DNA of 64,000 nt from positions 3,264,001 to 3,328,000 of the forward strand of contig OY970355.1 in the NCBI GenBank assembly GCA_963718525.1, written 5' to 3'. Source of the stretch: Candidatus Dormiibacterota bacterium. GTDB taxonomy: Bacteria; Chloroflexota; Dormibacteria; Aeolococcales; Aeolococcaceae. Position numbers and translations under genes: made by a program. Shown piece by piece: positions 41,152 through 50,900 of the stretch. Position 1 is the first letter of the stretch; the number at the start of each line of letters is the position of its first letter. The notes below the pieces were generated by a model, which saw only the letters and a program-made list of their open reading frames with translations, was not told the origin of the DNA and did no database searches.

Positions 41152-41578
41152 ATGACCGACCTCCGCACCGAGCCGAAGAATCCCGACCGGCTCGAAGCTC
41201 GAGCAGCTCACCGCCCTCCAGCCCGGCCTCGCGAGATTGATGCCCGAGATCGGTGCGCGATTCTGGAAAGCGTTCTACGCGGCTCGAGCCGCCAACTGGC
41301 CACTGGCAGCCTGGCAGCTCCGCGAGATGCGAAAGCTCCTGCGCCTTTGCGAGGTGACCCGCCCGAAGTACACCGCGGACATCGAGGAGTGGCTCGCAGG
41401 CGACTTCGACCCGCTCATGGCCGCACTCGACGCCCACGACCTTCCGGCGTTCGAGAGGCTGTATCACGAGTCGATCGATGCCGCCAATGACATGCACCGG
41501 CGGTGGCAGAAGGAATGGATCGTCTGGAAGCTTCCTGACACTCCACCACCTGACCTTGATCTCACTCCCAGAGGCTAA
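41152..41578 (+). CDS. Hypothetical helical protein; +1 frameshift at ~41195 (uninterrupted ORF 41237..41578)
   Basis: Removing one A at 41195-41196 gives MTDLRTEPKNPDRLELEQLTALQPGLARLMPEIGARFWK... Confidence 0.7.
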
Positions 41579-41601
41579 TCGCTACGTCAGAACGAGATCG
41601 C

Positions 41602-42228
41602 ATGATGGCGTCGCTGATCGAGCACGGTATTCGCTCGCCGGCCGTGCTCCACGCCATGGCGGACGTGCCCCGCGAGGAGTTCGTGCTCGAGGGTGACCGG
41701 GAGCATGCATACGCCAACCGGGCGTTGCCGATCGATGCCCCGGGGCAGACCATCAGCCAGCCGCTCATGGTCGCGGTCGTCGTCGAAGCACTGGAGCTGC
41801 ACGATGGCGACCGAGCGCTCGACGTCGGCACCGGCTCCGGCTACCAGGCCGCGGTGATGGCGGCCTGCGGCGCTCGCGTCGTGAGCATCGAGCGGGTCGC
41901 GTCGCTGGCTCGGGCGGCAGCGGAGCGTCTCCGCCGGCTCGACTACGAGGTCGAGGTCGTCGAGGGCGACGGAACGCTCGGGGTCCCCGACCGCGCGCCG
42001 TTCGACGCAATCGCGGTGGGGGCGGCGGCGCCGCGGCTTCCGGTCGCGCTCGCCCGCCAGCTCGTCGAGGGCGGCAGGCTCGTCGTGCCGATCACCGACA
42101 GCCCCAACGGCGAGGAGCTCACCCGCCTTAGGCTCGCCGGCGGCCGCTGGGTGACGGAGTCGCTCGGACCCTGTCGCTTCGTCCCGTTGATCGGCGCCGA
42201 CGGCTACGAGGGCGCCGGCGCCGGTTGA
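41602..42228 (+). CDS. pcm: Protein-L-isoaspartate O-methyltransferase
   Basis: VPREEF, QTISQP, DVGTGSGYQ, APFDAI and FVPL motifs. Confidence 0.95.
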   Translation: MMASLIEHGIRSPAVLHAMADVPREEFVLEGDREHAYANRALPIDAPGQTISQPLMVAVVVEALELHDGDRALDVGTGSGYQAAVMAACGARVVSIERVASLARAAAERLRRLDYEVEVVEGDGTLGVPDRAPFDAIAVGAAAPRLPVALARQLVEGGRLVVPITDSPNGEELTRLRLAGGRWVTESLGPCRFVPLIGADGYEGAGAG

Positions 42229-42587
42229 TCCGCGCCGCGCTCAGGCCCGCCGGCCGGCACCCGAAACATCCTGATCCGCGCCGATCCTCCGGAACGCTCC
42301 ACGGCCTGCTTCGCGGCATCCCCGAAGGTCATCGAGAGCACCATCTCGGCCTCCTGGTTGCCGGGCGGTCGGTCGAGCTCAGGGCGGGACAGGGTCACGG
42401 CGTACTGGTCGATGCCGTCGGGTCGATTCGGGTAGCGGGACCGAGTGATGCTGACCCGGAGCCCGAGCTCGGGCAGATCGACCTGGTGCCGGCCGGCCTC
42501 GCGCGTGGCTTCCGGGTGCAGGAAATCCGCGTCGGCACGGCGGCGAAGATCGAGCAGTTGCTCGTCGAGCGTTCGGGAATCGGCCAT
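42204..42587 (-). CDS. Hypothetical protein
   Basis: 127 aa ORF filling the pcm-dnaK gap with natural-looking composition. Confidence 0.6.
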   Translation of the reverse strand: MADSRTLDEQLLDLRRRADADFLHPEATREAGRHQVDLPELGLRVSITRSRYPNRPDGIDQYAVTLSRPELDRPPGNQEAEMVLSMTFGDAAKQAVERSGGSARIRMFRVPAGGPERGADQPAPAPS

Positions 42588-42684
42588 CGCATACGTTTAG
42601 CATGTCGGTGGCGCGAGGTATTCGATAGGGGCGTCTCCTAACGCACATTGAACGTCCCGAATTTCAGTCCCGGAGGACCCCAAC

Positions 42685-44625
42685 ATGGCAAAGACCGTCG
42701 GCATCGACCTCGGCACCACCAACAGCGTGGTTGCAGTGATGGAAGGCGGTGAGCCCACAGTGATCGCCAACGCCGAGGGTGGCCGCACAACGCCGTCGGT
42801 CGTCGCCTTCACGCGCACCGGCGAGCGCTTGGTCGGGCAGCTGGCCCGGCGTCAGGCGGCCGTCAACCCAGAGAACACCGTCTACTCGATCAAACGCTTC
42901 ATGGGCCGGTTGCTCAGCGAAGTGAGCAACGAGGCCAAGCAGGTTCCGTACAAGGTCGTCGCAGGCAAGGACGGCCGCGTCGAGATCGAGGTCGCGAGCG
43001 AGCGCTACACCCCCGAGCAGATCTCCGCGATGATCCTGCAGAAGCTCAAGACCGACGCTGAGGCGTATCTCGGCGAGAAGGTCACGGACGCGGTCATCAC
43101 GGTGCCCGCGTACTTCAACGATGCGCAGCGGCAGGCGACCAAGAACGCCGGTCAGATCGCCGGCCTCAACGTCGTCCGCATCATCAACGAGCCCACCGCG
43201 GCCGCGCTCGCCTACGGGCTCGACAAGAAAGAGAACGAGAAGATCCTCGTCTTCGACCTCGGCGGCGGGACGTTCGACGTCTCGATCCTCGAGGTTGGAG
43301 AAGGCGTCTTCGAGGTGAAGGCCACCAACGGTGACACCCACCTGGGCGGCGACGACTACGACCGCCGGATCGTGGACTGGCTTGCCGACGAGTTCAGGAA
43401 GGACCAGGGGATCGATCTCCGCGGCGACCGCCAGGCGCTACAGCGTCTCACCGAGGCCGCTGAGAAGGCCAAGATCGAGCTCTCGCAGCGCCCTGAGACC
43501 GAGGTCAACCTGCCGTTCATCACGGCGGATGCGTCTGGCCCGAAGCACCTCGCGATCACGCTGTCGCGCGCCAAGTTCGAGCAACTCACCGAGGACCTCA
43601 CGGGGCGCTGCCGCGGTCCGTTCGAGGCGGCGCTCAAGGACGCGGGTCTGACTGCGCAGGAGCTCGATGAGGTGATCCTCGTCGGCGGCTCGACGCGCAT
43701 GCCGGTGATCCAGGAGCTTGTCAAGAGCTTCACCGGCAAGGAGCCGCATCGTGGCGTCAACCCGGACGAGGTGGTCGCGATCGGGGCGGCCATCCAGGCC
43801 GGCGTGCTCAAGGGCGAGGTCAAGGACGTCCTGCTCCTCGACGTGACGCCGCTGTCGCTCGGCCTCATGACCGAGGGCGAGGTCAACACCAAGCTGATCG
43901 AGCGCAACACCACCATCCCAACTGCCAAGACACAGGTCTTCTCGACGGCGTCCGACAGTCAGCCGTCAGTGGAGATCGTCGTGCTCCAGGGCGAGCGCCC
44001 GATGGCGCGGGACAACCGCATCCTCGGCACGTTCACGCTCGACGGGATTCCACCTGCGCCACGGGGGATGCCACAGATCGAAGTTGGCTTCGACATCGAC
44101 GCCAACGGCATCCTCAACGTGAGCGCCAAGGATCGCGGCACCGGCAAAGAGAACAAGGTCACCATCACCGGCTCGACGACGCTCCAGAAGGAGGAGGTCG
44201 AGCGCATGGTGAAGGAGGCCGAGGTGCATGCTGACGAGGACCGCAAGCGGGCCGAGGCAGTGGAGACCCGGAATCGTGCGGACCAGCTCGCCCACCAGGC
44301 GGAGAAGGCGCTCGCCGACGCGGGCGACAAGGTGCCCGCGGAGCTGCGCACCGACATCGAGGCCAAGGTGAAGGCAGTTCGTGACGCAATTGCCAGTAAC
44401 GACGCGGACGCGATGAAGCGGGCGCATGACGACCTCGCGGCGTCGATCCAGAAGATCGGCGAAGCGGTGTATGCGACGCAGCAGGCGCAGTCGGGCGGGG
44501 GCGAGCCACACGCCGGCAACGGCGACGGCGGTGCTCCTGATTCCGGCGGTGCTGGTGCAGGCGCCGGCGCAGGCCAGGGCTCTGGCGGCGACGACGTCGT
44601 CGACGCAGAATTCAAAGAGGTCTAA
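42685..44625 (+). CDS. dnaK: Chaperone DnaK (Hsp70)
   Basis: [23 protein letters not shown]; GGAGG RBS. Confidence 0.99.
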   Translation: MAKTVGIDLGTTNSVVAVMEGGEPTVIANAEGGRTTPSVVAFTRTGERLVGQLARRQAAVNPENTVYSIKRFMGRLLSEVSNEAKQVPYKVVAGKDGRVEIEVASERYTPEQISAMILQKLKTDAEAYLGEKVTDAVITVPAYFNDAQRQATKNAGQIAGLNVVRIINEPTAAALAYGLDKKENEKILVFDLGGGTFDVSILEVGEGVFEVKATNGDTHLGGDDYDRRIVDWLADEFRKDQGIDLRGDRQALQRLTEAAEKAKIELSQRPETEVNLPFITADASGPKHLAITLSRAKFEQLTEDLTGRCRGPFEAALKDAGLTAQELDEVILVGGSTRMPVIQELVKSFTGKEPHRGVNPDEVVAIGAAIQAGVLKGEVKDVLLLDVTPLSLGLMTEGEVNTKLIERNTTIPTAKTQVFSTASDSQPSVEIVVLQGERPMARDNRILGTFTLDGIPPAPRGMPQIEVGFDIDANGILNVSAKDRGTGKENKVTITGSTTLQKEEVERMVKEAEVHADEDRKRAEAVETRNRADQLAHQAEKALADAGDKVPAELRTDIEAKVKAVRDAIASNDADAMKRAHDDLAASIQKIGEAVYATQQAQSGGGEPHAGNGDGGAPDSGGAGAGAGAGQGSGGDDVVDAEFKEV

Positions 44626-44644
44626 ACCTCGAGCGCAGTGCTGA

Positions 44645-44668
44645 AGCGGGGCGCGAGAGCGTCCCGCT
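44645..44668. terminator. GC-rich hairpin between convergent genes (putative terminator, no U-tract)
   Basis: AGCGGGGCGC-GAGA-GCGTCCCGCT with a GNRA loop. Confidence 0.6.
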
Positions 44669-44677
44669 CGGCCCGCG

Positions 44678-45271
44678 CTACCGCCTCGGGATCGGTTGAT
44701 GCATCGAGGCCGACGTAGGTGGCGGCGCCGGAGTTCCGCCCGGCGGCAGCCCTGAGACCGTCGAGACCGCGGATCCGCCGCGACCTCGTCCCTTGGGCAC
44801 GCCGCGATGGAACGCGGCTCGCAGGAGGATCGGCACGGCCGCTGACAGGACCCCGGTGAAGAAGGTCAGCCCGTTGGGCAGGTCGTTGTAGTTCGAGAGA
44901 CCGAGGTAGCAGAACAGCGCCGTCAGGAACGCCGCGATGATGACCACCGCCATCCCGAGCACGAGCACGACCTCCTGGTTGCGCTCATGAACGATTGCGT
45001 TGTCCGGGCGACGCTGCTGCAGCATCCGGTAGATGTTCAGCCCCGCCCAGGAGTTCAGCATCACCCCGCTGACGAACGCGAGGATGGCAATCGTCCATCG
45101 GAACTCGGTGAGGTTCTTGGCGATGAAGACCGCGATGTTGACGACGATGAGCGCGGTCGGGGTCAGCGCCCCGATGATCGGGATTGTCCAGCGCTTCAGC
45201 GCCGCGCCCACGCCGGTGCGCTCCGGCTCGGGCCCAACGAGCTTTGATGGCTTCCGGCGGCGAAACGGCAT
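44678..45271 (-). CDS. Four-TM membrane protein of unknown function
   Basis: Four hydrophobic helices and a Pro-rich tail. Confidence 0.7.
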   Translation of the reverse strand: MPFRRRKPSKLVGPEPERTGVGAALKRWTIPIIGALTPTALIVVNIAVFIAKNLTEFRWTIAILAFVSGVMLNSWAGLNIYRMLQQRRPDNAIVHERNQEVVLVLGMAVVIIAAFLTALFCYLGLSNYNDLPNGLTFFTGVLSAAVPILLRAAFHRGVPKGRGRGGSAVSTVSGLPPGGTPAPPPTSASMHQPIPRR

Positions 45272-45407
45272 GCCGTAAGCGTACGGGTCTCGAGGCACTC
45301 GGGAACGCCCGATCCCGCGGTGGGCCAGGATCGTTCGTCACCGGCCCGTTTCCGGACTGCGAGCGCTCACCCATTCGGCGCCGCCTCTCCACCCATAGGC
45401 TCGATTC

Positions 45408-47900
45408 ATGCGCGCGCGTCGGCCGGGCCGCAGCCTCTTCGTCCGTAGGTTCGGCCTGCGAACCAGCCTCGCCGGACGCTTGCTGGCCGGCGGCATCGTC
45501 TTCACCGCGCTCCTGATTGCAGGGGTGAGCGGCTTCCTGCTCGTCAGCCGGTCCCAGCAGACCAACGCCGGTGCCCTCTCCAACGCGGACAACCGTGCAG
45601 GCGTCGCTGCACAGCTCATCTCACGCGTGATCCAGCCGCAGGCGCAGTACGCGGCCACCGCAGTCGCCTCGCTCACCTCACTCCAGCTCGCCCTCGCCGG
45701 CACCGATCCCGGAGCACTGGTGGCCGCCGAGTTCACCCAGAAGCGGGTCGTCAACCTGCCCGGGCTCGGCGTGGCGGTCCTCGACAGCCACGGCACAGTC
45801 CTGTACACGAGCGAATGCGACAGTGCAGGGACGGCCGGTGCCACCGCCCATCCGGCCATCGAGGCCTGTGAGGCGGGGGCGATTGCGCATGTGACCGCCG
45901 GCCTCCCCTCGGTCGTCGACGCCCTCAAGGTGGAGGGGATTGCCGCGTGCCAGCAGCCCAGCGCGACGATCGCGGCAACGCCGGCGCTGCGGGCGGAGTG
46001 CCCGTCGGGCGTCGAAGGCGTGGAGATGCTCGCCGGCGGTGTGCCCGCGCTCGACGTCGCCGTGCCGGTGTTCAACGTCGAGGCAGGCACCGAGGCTCCC
46101 CTCGGCGTCGTGGTGTACAGCGCGCAGTTGCAGACGCAGTTCGTCCGGTACGGTCCGGTCATCGGCTACACGCCGGTCTTCCTCGGCGCCGGCTCCGGCA
46201 CGAGCCTCATCCGGTTCAACGGCAGCGCCGATACCCCGAGCACGTCGAGCGCACCATCCACAATCGCACAGCAGGTTGCTCATCCCGCAGCTCCGGCGGG
46301 TGGAGTCGCCGCTCACGCGATCTACAGCGTGCCGGGCGTCGGTGCCGTTGCCGGCAGCTTCGTCCCGCTGCAGGCGCCGGGCGGCACAAGCATTGCCGGG
46401 TACCTCGGTGTCGAGGTGCCGGTGTCGATCTTCGCGGCCGGGACCGCCCAGGATGAAGGCACGATCGCGCAGATCGCACTCACGGCGCTTGTCGTCGTGT
46501 GCGTGCTCGTGTTGCTCTTTGTCGACCGCTTCGTGCGCCGTCCGGTGGGGCGGCTCGAGCGCGGCGTCGCACGCATCTCCGCAGGTGACTACACCACCGA
46601 TATACCGGTCACGTCGCGCGACGAGCTCGGGCGGCTTGCCGCCGGCGTCAACCGTATGCGTCAGCAGATCGCCGGGTACATCGAGCACATCGACGGGTCG
46701 GTCGGGCGGCTGCAGGAGGTGTCCCGAGCGCTGACGACGACAACCGGCGGTATCGAGCAGCTCCAGGACGCGGTGCTCGGCGCCGCCGATGCGATCGCCG
46801 GTGGATCCGCGAGCGCGACCGTGTACACGAGACGCGGCACCGAGTTCCTCCGGATGCGGAGCCGGGGATCGGAGATGCCCGACATGGCCGACGCGATGCC
46901 GGTCGATGAGCTGAGCGCTGGGCATGCAGTCCGTCTCGACTGGGGCGGACGTCCGGCGATCGTTGTGCCGATGCTCTTTCAGGAGGCGCTCACCGGGGTC
47001 CTCGTCGTCACCTCGGATCGCCCCGTCGCCGATGGCGACGAGCGCGCGCTCATCACCCTCGCGAACAACGCGGCTGTGGCGCTCGAGAACACCAGAACCC
47101 TCGAGCAGGAACGCGAAGCGGTACGCCGCCTCAGCGAGTTGAACCAGTTGAAGAGCGATTTCCTTGACACGGCGCAGCACGAGTTGCGCACGCCTGTGCT
47201 CGCCATTCAAGGGCAGATCGAACTGCTCAATGTTGCCTGGAACAAGTGGGATGACGAGACCAAGCTGGAGATCGTGCGCGACGTCGACATCTCGGTGAAG
47301 CTGCTCAGTGAAACCGTCGAGAACATCGTCGACTTTGCACTCGTCAACTCCGACACCATCGATGTGCGCATGTCGTCCGTCGACGTTGCGACGGCGCTCG
47401 GAGATGCCGCCAACGACGTGCGGCGTCATTTCAAGGATGGGCTGCCAGTGGAGTTGACCATCGACGTGGGCGGTGCACCCGCGGTCACCGCCGATCCGTT
47501 CCGGCTCCGCCAGGTGTTTCGCGCCCTCATCGACAACGCCGTGAAATTCACGCCGCCGGGCGGCCACGTCCAGGTCAGCGCAACTCCGGTCACAAGCACG
47601 AGTCAGTGCCGCATCGAGGTCGTTGACGACGGCATCGGGATCAGCCCGGAGGCTATCCCTCGTCTCTTCGACCGCTTCTACCAGGAGGACAACAGCCGCA
47701 CGCGCCGCCATGGCGGCATGGGGATGGGGCTCGCGTTGGTGCGCCGCCTCTGCGATGCACACGGCGCCACCGTCAAGGCACACAGCGGCGAGCACGGCGG
47801 TGGCAGCACGTTCACCATCCTCTGGCCACTGGCCGGCGTCCCGCCGGAACCCGCACCCGCCGCGCTGTTCTTCGAACCCGCTACCGCGGCCAGCAGCTGA
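45408..47900 (+). CDS. Sensor histidine kinase (TM-extracellular sensor-TM-HAMP-GAF-HisKA-HATPase)
   Basis: HAMP (RDELGRLA), HELRTP, NAVKFT, DDGIG and GMGLAL motifs. Confidence 0.93.
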   Translation: MRARRPGRSLFVRRFGLRTSLAGRLLAGGIVFTALLIAGVSGFLLVSRSQQTNAGALSNADNRAGVAAQLISRVIQPQAQYAATAVASLTSLQLALAGTDPGALVAAEFTQKRVVNLPGLGVAVLDSHGTVLYTSECDSAGTAGATAHPAIEACEAGAIAHVTAGLPSVVDALKVEGIAACQQPSATIAATPALRAECPSGVEGVEMLAGGVPALDVAVPVFNVEAGTEAPLGVVVYSAQLQTQFVRYGPVIGYTPVFLGAGSGTSLIRFNGSADTPSTSSAPSTIAQQVAHPAAPAGGVAAHAIYSVPGVGAVAGSFVPLQAPGGTSIAGYLGVEVPVSIFAAGTAQDEGTIAQIALTALVVVCVLVLLFVDRFVRRPVGRLERGVARISAGDYTTDIPVTSRDELGRLAAGVNRMRQQIAGYIEHIDGSVGRLQEVSRALTTTTGGIEQLQDAVLGAADAIAGGSASATVYTRRGTEFLRMRSRGSEMPDMADAMPVDELSAGHAVRLDWGGRPAIVVPMLFQEALTGVLVVTSDRPVADGDERALITLANNAAVALENTRTLEQEREAVRRLSELNQLKSDFLDTAQHELRTPVLAIQGQIELLNVAWNKWDDETKLEIVRDVDISVKLLSETVENIVDFALVNSDTIDVRMSSVDVATALGDAANDVRRHFKDGLPVELTIDVGGAPAVTADPFRLRQVFRALIDNAVKFTPPGGHVQVSATPVTSTSQCRIEVVDDGIGISPEAIPRLFDRFYQEDNSRTRRHGGMGMGLALVRRLCDAHGATVKAHSGEHGGGSTFTILWPLAGVPPEPAPAALFFEPATAASS

Positions 47901-47909
47901 ACCACGTCG

Positions 47910-47943
47910 CTGACGCGCGTCCGCGGATGCGGTCCCGCGTCAG
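47910..47943. terminator. Inverted repeat between convergent histidine kinase and lhr
   Basis: CTGACGCG...CGCGTCAG. Confidence 0.45.
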
Positions 47944-50900
47944 CCGGTGGCGAACTCCTGGGCAGCCACGGCCACACTCGTGACCGGCAGGCCGTCCTCG
48001 AAGACGACGCTGTTGGTCCGCACCGACGTGATGCGCGGACCGGGGAGCACGATTCCCGCGACATTGAGGGGATCTGTCGCCGAGATGCGAACGGATTCCA
48101 GTGAACGCTCGCGACGGCGCACGCTGCGCAACTGGTCGACGGCCTCAGGAAGTGCGAACTGCTCGCCGGCGAAACCGGTGACGAAACGCCCACCTCGCGC
48201 GGTGCCTCGCGCTTCCATTCGGCGCAACGCCCATACCACGTCGCGCCAGGGGAGCGCGATCGTCTCACGGGCGACGACATCGCGAAACACCACCCCCCAC
48301 CGCACCAGCAACTGTTCGGCGATCGCCTCCGCGAGCGCATCGCGATCGTCGGCGGGCACTGCTCGTTGCACGAGCGACCAGCGTCCCTCCCCCGACGCGT
48401 AACCGCTGACACCGTTGCGGAGTCCGCGGTGGTGGGGGCGCGAGCCTCCCAGGCGGCGGCTGACCAGCAGACGACGCACAGCGCTGAAGCCGTCAGCGGT
48501 CAGCAGACCGCGCGCGACGCCGTCCCAGAGCGCGCTTTCAACCTCACTGGGCAGCCGGCGCGCGAGCGTGACGATGTCGCTCGTGAAGAGCGCGCCGTGC
48601 TCGCGGAGCGCGTCGAGCACATCGCGCGTCGCACCCGTCACCGGCTCCAGGGGTTGCGCCTCGCCACGCACCGACTGCAGCAGCCATGGCAGGTCGGAGC
48701 GCATCACCAGGGTGACCGGTGTCGCGCGGGATGCCGAAGTGTTGCTGCGCGGTGGCGAGTTGCCGTCACCGTCGTCGCGAACCTTCAGCCGGGCCCAGGC
48801 CACCTCGCCGGACATGCACAGCTCGTCGAGCCAGGCGCTGCGATACCCCGCCACGCGGCTCGGGAGCACGGTCTCCTCCCAGACGCCGGCCGGAATCTCG
48901 AAACCCTGGAGCTGCGCGATCGTCGCGGCCACGCCGGCGCGGCCCTCACGCTGCGTGCCGGGCGCAACCCGTTGCCAGCGAAGCAGAAAACGGACGAAGT
49001 CCTGCGCGCTGACGGGCTCGATCTCCTGACGCAGACGGTGCTGTGTGTAGCTGTGGATGCGTGCGAGCAGGCGGCGCGCGCACCACTGCTGATCGCTGAT
49101 TCCAGGATCGAAGTGCCCGCGGATGACGAACCCCTCGCCTTCGATGGCGGCGAGCCCGATCGCAACCTCCGATGCGCTCAGGCCCGCCAGCGTCCCGATC
49201 GCACCGGCCGTCATCGGACCGTTCACCTCGAGATGTCCGCGCAGGATCGCCGTGATCAGCGCGTCGCGGTCCGGCACGGCTGCGGCACCTGCGCGTGGTG
49301 GCGCGGACGGTGCCGGTGCGAGCGTTGCTGATGGCCAGAGCACGCCGACGCCCGCAGCGCGTTCCATGGCGCACCAGAAAGCCTCGCCGCCGGCGGCCAC
49401 CGTGAGCGCCCTGCCGCGGGACACGAGCTCATCGAACCACTCTGTCCACGCTGGGACCGGCCGGGCGACCACCAACGCGACCAGGAGGTCATGGAGCTCA
49501 TCCGCGTCACGCGGATCCGGCGCGGCCTCGCCGCGCACGCGGGCAATGGCGTCGGGATCGAGGGCGGCGAGATCGCGTGCCTCGACCGGTAGGCCCCGGC
49601 GAAGCGTGATCGCACGGCTGCGCCGCTCCTCGAGCGGCGCGTCGTCGAGAAACGTGTACGGCCGTCCGTTCACGATCTCGTGTGCAAGCGGCGACGGCTC
49701 GACGGTATCGCGGAAGCTGACCTGCACATCCTTTCGCTCGATGCGAGCAACCAGCTCGCGCAGCGAGTCCACGTCCATCACCTCGTGGAGGCAGTCGTAC
49801 ATGGTCTGGTTCACGAGTGGATGATCGGGGGGTTCGACCGGCCCGGTCGGGTTCTCGTTCTGGCACGCGACCAGCTGCGGAAACACCGCGCCCATGATGT
49901 CGTCGGATTCGAGTCGTTGTATCGGCGCCGGGTTCTTGCGACCGCCCTTGAAACGCAGCACGGTGAGCGATCGATTGAGGTTCCACCGCCACCGCACCGC
50001 CCACATCGGCGCGAAGATCGCCGCCTTCCGCAGCACCTCTTCAACGGTGTTCGAGGAGAGGAACTTCGGGATGTCCTCGAGCGGGAAGCTGTGTTGCGGA
50101 CCGAGCGACAGCAGCACGCAGTCGTCGCTCGCCGCGGCCTGCAGCTCGAAGTCGAAGGTTGCGCAGAACCGCTTTCGCAACGCGAGCCCGAGCGCGCGGT
50201 TGACACGACCGCCGAACGGAGCATGCACGACCAGCTGCATGCCGCCGCTGTCGTCGAAGAACCGCTCCAGAACGATGTGCTCGAGGGTCGGCACGACGCC
50301 GAGCGCGGTTCGACCCGCCGCCAGGTAGCGCACTACCATCGCGGCAACGTCGTTGTCGACGCCTGCTCGCTGTTCGACCCATGTGATCGCTTCGTCGGCC
50401 CCGCCCTCAGCGAGCAACGCCTCGACACCGCTGCGAAGGTCGGAGACTTCACGCGACAGCTCCTCCGTTCGCGCCGGGGCCTCCCCGAGCCAGAAAGGAA
50501 CGGACGGTGGTGCGCCGTGCGCATCCACGACACGCACGGTGCCGGCGACCACTCGCCGGATCTTCCACGACGTGCTTCCCAGCAGGAAGATGTCCCCGGC
50601 GGATGACTCGATCGCCCAGTCCTCGTTGACGGTGCCGATGAACGTGTCGTCCGGTTCTGCGAGCACTCGATAGTCGCCGGTCTCGGGGATCGCCCCGCCG
50701 GAGGTCAGCGCCGCCAGCCGCGCGCCACGGCGGGCTCGCACCTCGCCGTTGATCTGATCCCGGTGCAGATACGCCGCGACACGGCCCCGCCCCGTCGGGA
50801 TGCCGTCGGCGGTCAGCTCGATGATCCGGTCGAAGTCCTCGCGCGTGAGGTCGGCAAACGGCGCCGCCTTGCGCATCAGCTCGTAGAGGTCGTCCTCACG

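Noticed and set aside
42597-42623. CIRCE-like TTAGCATGT-N9-GAGGTATTC upstream of dnaK
   Set aside because: Only 6/9 and 4/9 matches to TTAGCACTC-N9-GAGTGCTAA and not a real inverted repeat
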